DNA of 64,000 nucleotides from Ruditapes philippinarum (Eukaryota): NCBI RefSeq assembly GCF_026571515.1, contig NW_026864055.1, positions 124,001 to 188,000 of the forward strand, read 5' to 3'. Shown piece by piece: positions 1 to 10,838 of this stretch (position 1 is its first letter; each line of letters starts with the position of its first letter). The notes under the pieces were generated by a model. It saw only the letters and a program-made list of their open reading frames with translations, ran no database searches and was not told where the DNA came from. The position numbers and the translations under genes were made by a program.

Positions 1-572
1 AGGATTTTGATATGCAGTTACATTTAAGTTGAAAATGTTCCCGAAAAAAGATATGTCATATCAAAGTCATATATACTTTATATATCAGAAGTTTTGCAAC
101 TTTGATATATTTTTTGTCCAAACATATATTTTAAGATTCTCCGATGATCTCAAAATAAAATAATCAAATATTTCCGCTATTCGTATATTATATTTTTTAT
201 TTAACTGCCTTTTGAACTATTTATTATATTCGCATTCTTAAAAATAGTTCAAACAAGGTCCAAAAATTACTATTTAATATGCAAACATCAAAACATGTTC
301 ACCGTGTACTATAGACTTGTATAAAAAAGTAAAGTATTCCCTATATCAACCAGTATACCACATCAGTATAACACATGTGATTAATCACAAAATGCTGTTA
401 TGTTGAGCAAAGTCATACTTATACTTTCTACTTTGTAAGCAATATAACCAATATAGTCAAATTTTTGTACATGTTTTGTGCTAACATGATATCATGTTAT
501 GCATTGAACAGAAGGCGTTCGATAGACAGTTGACATGCAATTGCATGCACAAGGCAAAATGTGTTGCATATG

Positions 573-958
573 TCATGATTGTAAATGTAATTTGTACCAA
601 ACGTTCAACACAAAATAAGCCTGTATTGTCAACATGAGCATTGAGCTTCCTGGCAAATATGGAGCACCGTTTGGCGACAGGCATCGATTGTAAATGAAAC
701 CATCTTCCTCCCGGCACACGTACTGTGGGTCACAACAATCATCTTTGTCAGTACATACACCCCAAAACGGAGCACAACAAGTATAATAGTCCCCACATGT
801 AAGTCCGTCCTCGCACTGATAGCTGAAGAAACACGGATAGTGCATTGGAGAACTTGCACAACGAGGGTTAGTTCCTTCGTGTAACTTCACACAACGAGAA
901 CTGCAGCACTGAGAGTCCGAATCACAATTCTCATTTGACCATTTACATCGCAGACCAT
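573..958 (-). CDS. Terminal coding exon of a secreted, probably GPI-anchored, cysteine-rich knottin-repeat protein
   Basis: ORF 573..992 has 16 Cys: C-X6-C-X5-CC-X3-C-X10-C / C-X5-C-X5-C-X5-C / C-X6-C-X5-CC-X5-C-X10-C. These are followed by NGA and a hydrophobic tail. The acceptor ccttctttcag|AT lies at 959-961, phase 1, matching the upstream exon. Stop TGA at 573-575. Confidence 0.88.
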
Positions 959-1262
959 CTGAAAGAAGGTATGAAATATGCGAATCAAGCAATAATTAAC
1001 ATTTTTAGTTCGATAAATGACTGATTTTGCGGTATTTATCACAATATTCTACTGCGTTACTAACTAACATGTATACCTTTTAATTCATTTTTAAAAAAAA
1101 TTGTGAACATTAGCATGAATCTGGTCGCTTGCTGCTTTAAAGGTAAAATGTAAGATAGTTTAAAGCATTTTTTACACGATTCTCTTTATAGTTGAGGATA
1201 TAAACCTCAAACAATTTAAAGATCCTGTAAGTTTTATTCAAGGTTGTAACCACACTTAAGTG

Positions 1263-1264
<2 letters not shown>

Positions 1265-1337
<73 letters not shown>
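1265..1337. repeat. (AT)n microsatellite, ~36 units, in the coding-region intron
   Basis: Uninterrupted AT run read directly. Confidence 0.98.
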
Positions 1338-1341
<4 letters not shown>

Positions 1342-2010
1342 TGCTTCTAAAACGATTTTCAAACATCGAAGAATATGTAAAATATGTTTTGCAAATATAT
1401 GTGCACATTATATGTTATCATTAAAATATATGCATTCATTTCTTATTGAAACATTTGACTTAGACTTAATACAAAATACATTTCTTATTACCTCCCTTTA
1501 TTAAAATGAAATATAAATTCGGTAATATCTTTACAAATAATTTTTCGGAACTTAAAATATTGATAAATCTTCATTTGAGCATTATATTTATGATATAAAA
1601 CTATAAAAAAAAACTGAGTAACAGGATCTTTAACTCACAATGCGTAACATGTCATTTGGTCACTGTATTTTATTAAAAAACTTCTTTAAGGATATATCTT
1701 CATTCATTTTAGATTATTCGGATAAAATTGTTTATGCATTCTACTGCAAAAAATTGTTAGAATCTTAAGATAGAATACTCGTACATCTTCCAAAATGCTA
1801 GCATAAAAAAGCGAATGCCGCATGTTAAATGGATACAATCCTACTTAAAATAGCAGCTTAATATTTTGTTCCGGAATATCTTATTCTGTTTATTTACAAT
1901 ATTCATGTTTGTTAAATAGCAGAGAATTATATAATATTAAGGTATCAAGATATTAAGTCTCAATAAGTAATATTTCCAGAATGAAAACTGAACAAAGGCA
2001 AAAATCTTAC

Positions 2011-2080
2011 CTGCTATATTTAGAGAAAACATTATAAGTATGATTATACAGCTGTAAGATTTTTGTCTGGTAAGCATCAT
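2011..2080 (-). CDS. Signal-peptide coding exon of the same gene (MMLTRQKSYSCIIILIMFSLNIA + 1 nt); whole exon 2011-2131 including 5' UTR
   Basis: ATG at 2080. The 70 nt give 23 codons + 1 nt. Donor CAG|gtaag at 2010 joins in frame to give ...NIA-D-GLRCKW. Acceptor ttttttatttcag at 2132-2133 implies a further upstream non-coding exon. Confidence 0.85.
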
Positions 2081-3484
2081 GTACAGAACGCGTCACGTAA
2101 ACTCCATTCTCAGCAAATTATGCTCACCGTTCTGAAATAAAAAAATATTCCACATAGTTATAATTGTCTTTTAGCTCCAAATGATTGTTATATCTCTTCA
2201 TTAAATCTGAAGTGCTCGCTTAAATAAGGCCGCTAAAATCACACAAGTTCTGTAATTATTTCGCTATTCAATAAAAACGTAAAAGTGTTGAAAAAGATCA
2301 AATGAAACTTGTTTCAGGTATATTGTTTCAAACATGTTGTCATGCAAACATATTTTTTTCTGCTCGTATCGTATAGCTTATCATAAGAACATATCTATGG
2401 ATAGATTCATTGTACTATAATCTTTTTGGAATAATTTTTTTTAAGATCCTATTTTCAAACACAAAAAATAACTGAAAATATGAACGCACAATCAAATTGT
2501 TGTTCTTGTGATGTGTATTCCATATTAGTCATATACCAAATAAGGTGACAACTAACATCTATCTACGTAAGTGTTATTTGAAGCTATAGCTAAATCATCC
2601 AGTTGTATATTTTTAGCTTCATGTACAGACTTTCTCGATAGATATCAGACGTTATAATTTTATATTTAGGAAAGTCAAAATAAGACCGATCAATATATAA
2701 GTCGTAAGATATATTTAAAAAACAGTGTATTCTTTTAAGTCTCTCTTACAATATAGTTTTGTAATAAGAAAAGCGTGTTTCCTTATGTTGCATTTTGTTA
2801 TCATATACGATGTACAAGTACAACTTTTTGCTGTACACGTGTTGATAATAAGACTAATTTTAAATAGAAAGTAACTAAATAAACGATTTAAAACAACGAA
2901 ATCCACATCCTGCTAAAATCAGTCTTTCATTTACAATTGCAAATTATTTACATAATGTCATATATGTAAAACAATGATATTTTCTTTACGGAAGTAAAGA
3001 CATTCTCGTCTTACTTTTACAATCTGTTTGTGGGAATTTTCAACATGAAATAAACCAAGACACTCCTTCGAGTTTATCAGAAATTATATGCATTAAGTAT
3101 GAAATGCTTATGTTTAAAGTTAAACCTTTACGAACGTCTAGGCTTCATATAAACAAATTAAAAGGTAATAAAGGAATGAGTTTTTTTACAGATGAAACAC
3201 CTGATGTGTTCCTTTTACATTTCTTAATTATTTTAGACAATTCAGTAGATTCGGGAAAAAAAGAAACTATGACTTTCCATTCAAATGATATTTAAAGACA
3301 AAACAAACACCTTTTAACATAACCTTGCCAAATGTTAGCTATGTTTTGTCGTAAAAGGTTGCGCAATGAACTGTGTGTAAACGTTAACATTCTAAAGTGC
3401 AATTGTTTTAATGTATTGATCAAACATTGTGGTGGTCTAAGTAAACAAAGGTTATTCCATTTAGTTAATCTACTTTTGCTTATC

Positions 3485-3690
3485 CATTTATCTCATTATG
3501 TTTATATTTTCACACCTATTCTAGTTGAACAAATCTTTGATTATTGTAAACAAATTTACTTATATTAAAGCTCAAATTGGATTGGGACATGGAATATTAC
3601 TGAAGCTGTCCGATATATATAACAAAATAAACGTATATCCTGTATGTATGTATTTGATAGTATTTACAGAAATCTCTTATGACTCGTGTT
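3485..3690 (+). mobile_element. Ancient non-LTR retrotransposon RT fragment within the tandem unit (also ~21810-22025 and ~30075-30280)
   Basis: The three copies together read LSHYVYIFTAILVEKIIDFCE..SDAQ..LYCVFV.F.KAFD.IYRNVLWL. This matches the LINE RT motifs FTSIL..RL / SDAQFGF / LYC.FVDF.KAFD. Confidence 0.65.
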
Positions 3691-6600
3691 ATTTTTGTTA
3701 TTAGAGGTATCCGTTAAGAGGAGGTTATTTCACCAAAAGTGTTTCATTTTCTGTTTGTTTTATGATAATGTAAACATATTCTTAGAGCATTAACAGTGTA
3801 ATTCAGCTACGTGATATCATACTTTATGCTTTTACTTTTTTGCTGATGGCATGGTTATTTTTATGTTTCACAAGAACTGATTAAAAAAAGTCTAAATCTT
3901 CTTTATTTTATTGTAAAAACTGGAGTCTCAATGATGATACTGATAAAACTAAGGGATTGGTTTGAAGTAAACATAAGTGTGTTCTAATTAAGAACTTAAG
4001 TAGCGGCCGATATTGCTTGTCTATGTGAATTGTTAGTGTCAGTGTTAGAAGAAGTAAGTGGTGCTGGCAATGTTAATTTTTATACTGTGTCTTTGATAGA
4101 TGTAGAAGTTGTTTGTATTAGTAGCAGTTGTGTAAGTGCTTGCAATGTAACCTTCCAAGGTAAATACATTTCGTATTTACGAAATATTATTTCTTTACTA
4201 TAAATGTTATTTCGTTTTATACGAAATGTTATTTCACTTTTACGAAATATTACACTTATAAATATGTTTTATGTTCAAACGAATAAAAAATGCAAACACT
4301 GTATTGTCCATAGTAAACAATTGAATATATCTTCTGACATAAAACAAATGTTTGAGTAGTTTCATTATATGGGGATACTTGACACGAAACGAAAAAATAC
4401 TATCGACATAATTCACGGTTTTTATTACTGTATAATAATACTCAATATTCGTAACAATATGGAAGTGTGAATGACTAACGTGTGATTCAAGTGTCCTTCA
4501 ATGATATTGAATTAGCATGATAACAAATTGCAAAAATATATATTTTCCAATGCGTTTAAGCGCATTATTTTACAAGTTTTGAGTCATTCTCTTAAATAGA
4601 GATAATTTTTGTATACTAGTTAATTTAATGTATTAATATATGTAATGTTTACATAGAAAAAAGTTAAAATATATGGTTTTACTAATGTACATTTCGATAG
4701 CTAGTTATCTAGAATAATATTGTAAAATCATATTATCACTCAATTCATACGCAGGTCTGATCCGTGTGTTTTAGTTATACAATTAACGTTATAAAGCATT
4801 TTTTCAAATGAAAGGCAACAAAAGGTATAGAAGTGTCAACTTTACTTACAACCACCTATCATAAGTATTTCTGATTAAGTTTTATTTTATATATATATAT
4901 ATATATATTTCCAACTACTTAAGACGAATGCCACTTAAAATTTCTTGTAAAATAAAACACACTTCTAAGTTCTTATTACAAATTTTATATAGTTTATTTA
5001 TTGCGTAATATCCTTGAATAAGTTCAATATGTTCTAGTGTTGAAGAGTGAAGACTGCGAAAGCTGCTGGTGTGCTAGTAGAAAATGTGTCACAGCTTTTA
5101 GCTTTGATCGTCTTCTATAAACATTGTCAACAAACTGAGTCGTATTCTTGCGTTTTTATTGATTTTAAAGGATCTTTAGTTCTTAAGGAATTTTATGTTC
5201 TTGTTAAGCTTATTTGATCATAAGTACTATTACATTTCAGAACAAATGGATTGGCAGATTCCCAGATGTTGGTATTGTTTCTTTGTATATACTTAATCTT
5301 ACAAAAAGCAACACAATATTCACACATATTTGACAATCTTGTTGACTTCCGCCGTTTAAGTTTTCTTTAAAAAAAAGTACAGATCTTTATTAGTTTTTAT
5401 TTTCCTTTTACAAATGACTGTTAAACAAAAGCTTTCAATTATCCATTAAAATTGTCATTAATCAATTTCTCTTTCGTTTTTCCTTTTGCTCATTATTTAA
5501 AAATGTTCGCTTCTGCTTGCTTTATCTAAGAACAACTTACAGTCCTATTGTTTGTTTTAGATGATTTTCAAATCTTTCAAATGGCTTGAAAAGTTATGAA
5601 GATATTTTATAAGTTTATTGTATTATTCTAATATATAACCCATCTGAGAAATGGTACATGATAATCAAAACTCGAATTACTATATGATGTTAAATGTACT
5701 TTTTCTGTGTGTACTGCATTACATAAAACCAATAAAAATCAATTTTAATGTTGCAAGAGCAAAATGGGGAATACATTTGCTTTTAAAAACTGTTTCTATT
5801 ATATAATAAATCAACAGATATTTTACAATAGAGGACAGATACTTTAACCACAAACATGTACAAAGAAACCGGCCGAATACTACATGTACTAGAAAAAATG
5901 TATTCACTCCTTTATCAGATTTCAAAATGATCTTTAAAACAACAATTTACGAAATTGCCTGATTTCTTCTTTACGATAAAGTAAATAATATATGTCACCA
6001 GCACATAACCATGCAACCCCGTTCATCCCTTCCTTTATCTTTGAAGGGGGTGTAACACAAAACTAGGCAAATTCATTACAGACACAACAATCGTCTGTTA
6101 AGTGTGAACAGGCAATACGACTGGTTCAATGACAAATCATCTGTCCTGTTAAATAATTATCGTTAATTGAAGCAATACATTAGCCAAGTCAAGAGTAGAT
6201 CTGCATTGAATTTGGTAGATAAGTTTTATAAAAAGAATTCGATGATTGATCTGAATGTTTGAATGTAAATAGAGAACTTAGTTTCATGTCTAAGTGTCGA
6301 TCTCATATTTATAACGGTATACACATTTTGTCCTCCATAGAATCCATTATTTTGAATAGATTGGTCAGCCAATAAAATGTGCCAATGTTATCAATTGCAA
6401 TTTTCAATATAAAGTGATAAACATTACGTGAAAGTCATTCTAACATGACAATTCATATGGTAAGTTCACACTTATTGTAAATTGGACAATTGAACAAATG
6501 TCAATACTAGTTCTTTCTATATTATAACCCCCGATAATGGCATTTTAATCAGTTTATACACGTTATAAATGAAAGGCCACGTGCTAATAAATAGAATTAA

Positions 6601-8176
6601 AGTATATGTCATTACTTAGGAATAATATCACATTGTTAAAATGTAAATACATATATTTTGAAAGCATAAAGTTAGACATCATGCTAATGATACTCTAATC
6701 AGTATTGTACAAAATCACTATTGCTGTGTTTCTATTCATTGCAATGTTTCCAAATGGTTGATATAAACTTTTATTTTAGTCACAGAATTTCACAACTATT
6801 TATATTTCACTTTATACTTTTACAAAATAGTGTAACTTATGTTCAATTCAAGTCCAATGTGGTATGTCATTTGGCTTTCATGATTTAACAAAGCTCATAT
6901 ATTGTATTTAAGAAAGGAAAATTCAGAAACTGAAAGCAATGTAATATAAACGAGAATAAAAAAAATCAGCTTCCGCAATAAAGATCAAACGAGATATGTT
7001 GTGCTTGTCTTGAAACATTATACACAAAAAGAATTTATTATGTTCTGTGAATCAATAGAAAAATTAACCGCCGTTAAAGTGTCAACAAAATTTAAACTAT
7101 GATAATGTTCTTTTTTATACATATTACATTTGTGTACCTTTTAATTTCCTTTAAAACACGTCAAGCATTTAGTGTTTAACATTATTTTGTAGGTGGTATT
7201 CCGATATCAAGACATCTGTCAATAATATTATTTTGAGAAACTGGACATAATGTTACAACGTCATTCTTATTAAATAGTCAATAAAAAGAACATGTAGTGT
7301 AAAATCAAACATCCGTTTGCTACTTTAATACTCGTTTATGTAAAACTAGCTTCAATATTTGAAATATAACAGGCTTAAGCCTATATATGTTGTTTAGATA
7401 CTTTTTATACATCTTAATACAATTAATTAATTTTTAATTTTGTAAGACTTTGTATGATATCGTTCTAAATGAAAACAATAAATAACCATTCTTTGATAAT
7501 GAAACCCCCAAAACAGTATGTTGAAATTTACATTTATACTCAGTTTGTTACAAAGAGAAAGATTTGTGCAATTAATATAGTAACCTACATGTGCATCTAA
7601 ATACCAATTTAAAGTATCTATGAAATGATTCGAATGAACTTTATAATAACAGTAATAGAATTTCATAAATTATGTTAAAAAAAAAACATTGAAAATGATT
7701 TCACGTTTTTAGTAACAAAATTAAAAGTAGTTTTTATATATTACATTTGTCCATAGATCAATCTGGCTAAACAATAGCTATTATTTTAACACTTTTGGTC
7801 TGTCATTGACAATATATAACAAATGAATGCATTCATACTGCACATGTGTAAGATTAAACTTAAAATGTTTATTTATTTTTTGCTTATTTCTCGACAATTT
7901 GTTAAAACAAATTCCAGCAAATATGTTTAACATCACATTAATTTAGCATCGTTTAGTTGCAAAACGAATTGCATTGAAATGTCATTAAAGAATTTATTTG
8001 AAAGGAACATTTCTATGTTCTTCATATTAATGAAAATAAAGTTTTAACTTACGAAAATAGTTTTGTATCTTTCGCTTTTTCCACATACTAATACTCTATT
8101 TTTTATTATCCGATTTAAAACGTTAGAGTGTCTTTGAGAAAATACCATGAAACAAAATATTTAATATTTCACTCAC

Positions 8177-8400
8177 ATACTCCTTTTATACGAGCGCGAA
8201 GTATTCCTCAATTTGAAAATCCAGTATCGCGTGTTCTCTGACACAAACTTCAATAATTACCGGTAACTAGATAGTAACACCAGCTGCTGTATACACGTAT
8301 CTATTATTATGTTTACAGATTTTCCAACCTATCGATAGACCCATAGAGAACACAATCCTTATCTCATTGTAGTAAACAATTTTTTTGTATTCTTTTTTAG
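8177..8400 (-). pseudogene. Decayed exon with EGF-like remnant, six copies (~8177, 15555, 26610, 35011, 38343, 58797)
   Basis: This is the best conserved block among the paralogs, and each copy is followed by a minus-strand GTGAG(T/A) donor. Remnant translation TGNY..C...D(T/S)GF....SDG; the 58800 copy reads SDGKTCAC. Contains stops and indels. Confidence 0.45.
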
Positions 8401-8599
8401 ACATTATCTTAAAACAATCTAGTCTTATTGCATTTGATTCAAAAGTAATTAAATGCTTTATATATACATGTATTTGCATGTAGCTATAAACAATATACAA
8501 TGTATTCATAGGATATGAAAAAAAATCATAAACTATCGGTTTTATGCAACAAGACGCGTAGCATTTTCTTGTGAACAGTAATGTCCGGTTGCACAAACA

Positions 8600-9258
8600 A
8601 CTGTCCACCATCTTAGCCGGGTAGGGAAAAAGCAACGAATATGTCATTCAATGGTCGCTGGTTCGACCCTTGGACGATGTGGAACTTCTCCGTGACGATT
8701 GATATCATTTATTATCGGTCATAGCCATTTGTCTCTCACCACTTGTGCTTAAGAAATATCATGTGTGATAGGTTGCGCGATATCTCAGTTGGTTAGACCA
8801 CTGACTGTCACTCCTGAGGTTCCGGGTTCAAACCTGGGTAACACCCTTGGGATTTTTCAGACAAACTTTCAGTGTTTCCCACCTAACTATAGGTTTACTG
8901 GTACGGACCCAGGTAATCCTCGCATGTATCAGTGCTATACAATGGGCATGTAAAAGAACCAAGGAATCTATTTAATAAGAGCTAGGGACTTGTTCCCTGA
9001 TTCCCTTGTATCTCATAGCTGTCTCTAGAGTCTGCTGAGGTAAGACCCTTCTGGAAATAAGTGCTTGCACTTTCGTAAGTTATCATTGACCGCCCGGTCT
9101 AAAAAAATCAATCATTCAAAATCTATCAATCAGTGATAAGTGGTAGGCCATTTGCGCAGAATTGACATCAGAGACACCAGATGACGTGATATGAACAAAA
9201 TTGTGTTGAAATCAACGTAAACAACGGACAGATATACAAACACAGAAACAAACAAACT
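8600..9258 (+). mobile_element. Old tRNA-derived SINE in every unit (also ~15960-16198 with head deleted, 27020-27285, 35417-35685); here split by a younger SINE
   Basis: Head cttagcc..tagggaaa (A-box-like) and ggttcgacc (B-box-like), body ctccgtgacgattga..cacctctg, tail (AAAC)n. Confidence 0.7.
8771..9132 (+). mobile_element. Younger tRNA-derived SINE with 6-bp TSD (gtgata)
   Basis: A box tatctcagttgg, B box ggttcaaacc, central gggcatgtaaaagaacc (Deu/Nin-like from recall), (AATC)n tail. TSD at 8765-8770 and 9133-9138. Absent from units 2-4. Confidence 0.9.
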
Positions 9259-10838
9259 ATTCACAAATGACAGGCCATTACGCAAAAATTGAGGTTACAC
9301 TCTTTGTTCATCAACACCACTAAATAGAAAAAAACAGATATCGTGCCTGAAGTAAATTGCTAAAGAATATATTCTTTCCTCATGCTAAAATCACTTTAAT
9401 TGTAAATGATTTTCACAAATCTAACGGTCTGTTTATTGAATTCAGGAAATTAAAACTGCTGATACTAATTTTTGGGATATCAAAATTCTAATTATCTGTT
9501 GCAAACAGCAGAGATGTTCGTTTAGTCACGCTCAAAATGAAGTTACACTTTTTAAAACTAATTGGCAGCGTAATTTTGTAAAATTATTTAGTATTACTAG
9601 ATATCGGCGAAAGGATGTTGAAACTTTGAAAAGGAAACCAATCTGAATAATGTTTTCATTTTTAAATTTGTCAATGTTGAAACATATAGTCGTTCTTGTT
9701 CTGCACGTCCTGCTTTATATCCGGAATAATTATCTTGTGCCAAAAGTTTGAATTTATATTGTTATAAATATGCGCAATATTTTCTTTAATTAGTAAGTGT
9801 TGATTGGCATGATTTGAATAGCAAGGACATTAGAAAATGCATTATTACCATATGAAAATGTTCATATTGTGCTTCCGTTTTGATTGTTATTTTTCACGTA
9901 CAATGTAGTTATGGCCCCTTCGTGATACATGCTGATCTTAAAACTACGTCTCTTTTTCGAATGTGTCGTTTTTATTTTCATTTAAGTGTCACTTACAAAC
10001 AATATATTCTTAATACAATATGACATACAAGATCAACAAGGAAAGGCGGCGTTCAATGAACGCAACTCATTTTTATCATGCACATTTCTCTAAAAGATAG
10101 TTCGGGAAATTATATAAATAGCTCTTAAATTTTAAATTTCTCCCATCGAAGTTGGTCTTTGGTTTATGACCAAATACAAATTGATATTAACGGAAACAAA
10201 TATATCGCACGCAAATTAACAAGAACAAATTCTGCATTGAATAAAAGTGTATTTACTTACTGCATTGTACAAATAAATCAATTGATTTGACGCTGAACTA
10301 AGCGTACTACACATATAACGATGGTAAAGCTGAAGAATAAACTAATACAAGGTGCGCGATAACCTAGCTGTATTTGCCTGTGTCCAAACCCAGATTTATG
10401 CGTTCGAGCCTTACTCAAAGCCATATTTTTCTCATATGACACAAGTACTAGAAAGTTAAATAACATTACTCAAAATGATCTTTACAATAAGCAATTGTTT
10501 CATTATCTTGCATATTACGTCAGCTATTTGCAGTGCAGAAGACAGCCCAAGTCAATGACGTAAATAAACACATGTAAAAATGCCGAGGACTAAGACTGAA
10601 AAAATCTTTGATTTAAAATGTTTAATCACATTTTACTTAGATTGATAATAGTGAGAATATTAAAACGTAAATACTCAGTTATTTCTAAATTCCATTCATT
10701 ATTTATACAGGCGTATACTGAAATTCGTCGGTGGAAAATTGCTTCTATTCCTTGTGCACATCAGTTTTGAAATGCGGTTCCACACAGGCGTGACTGTTAA
10801 AATTTAAATGATGCAGATCAGTTTAATTGAGACTGCAT

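Larger units (their letters stand above)
2229..10838. repeat. ~8 kb tandem duplication, unit 1
   Basis: Anchor gccgc(t/a)aaaatcacac recurs at 2229, 10839, 18377 and 28797, with colinear homology across the units. Confidence 0.95.

Noticed and set aside
481-859. ORFs 481..717 and 629..859
   Set aside because: Alternative frames overlapping the real knottin exon.
959-992. ORF-track N-terminus MLDSHISYLLS
   Set aside because: Intronic sequence ahead of the acceptor, with a non-ATG start.
8771-8845. tRNA gene
   Set aside because: The tRNA-like head continues into a SINE body, tail and TSD.
10278-10424. 48-aa micropeptide with a sarcolipin-like SLFFSFTIVI segment
   Set aside because: The frame exists only in unit 1. 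The other copies carry 1-2 nt indels that put the hydrophobic part out of frame, so it is probably incidental.
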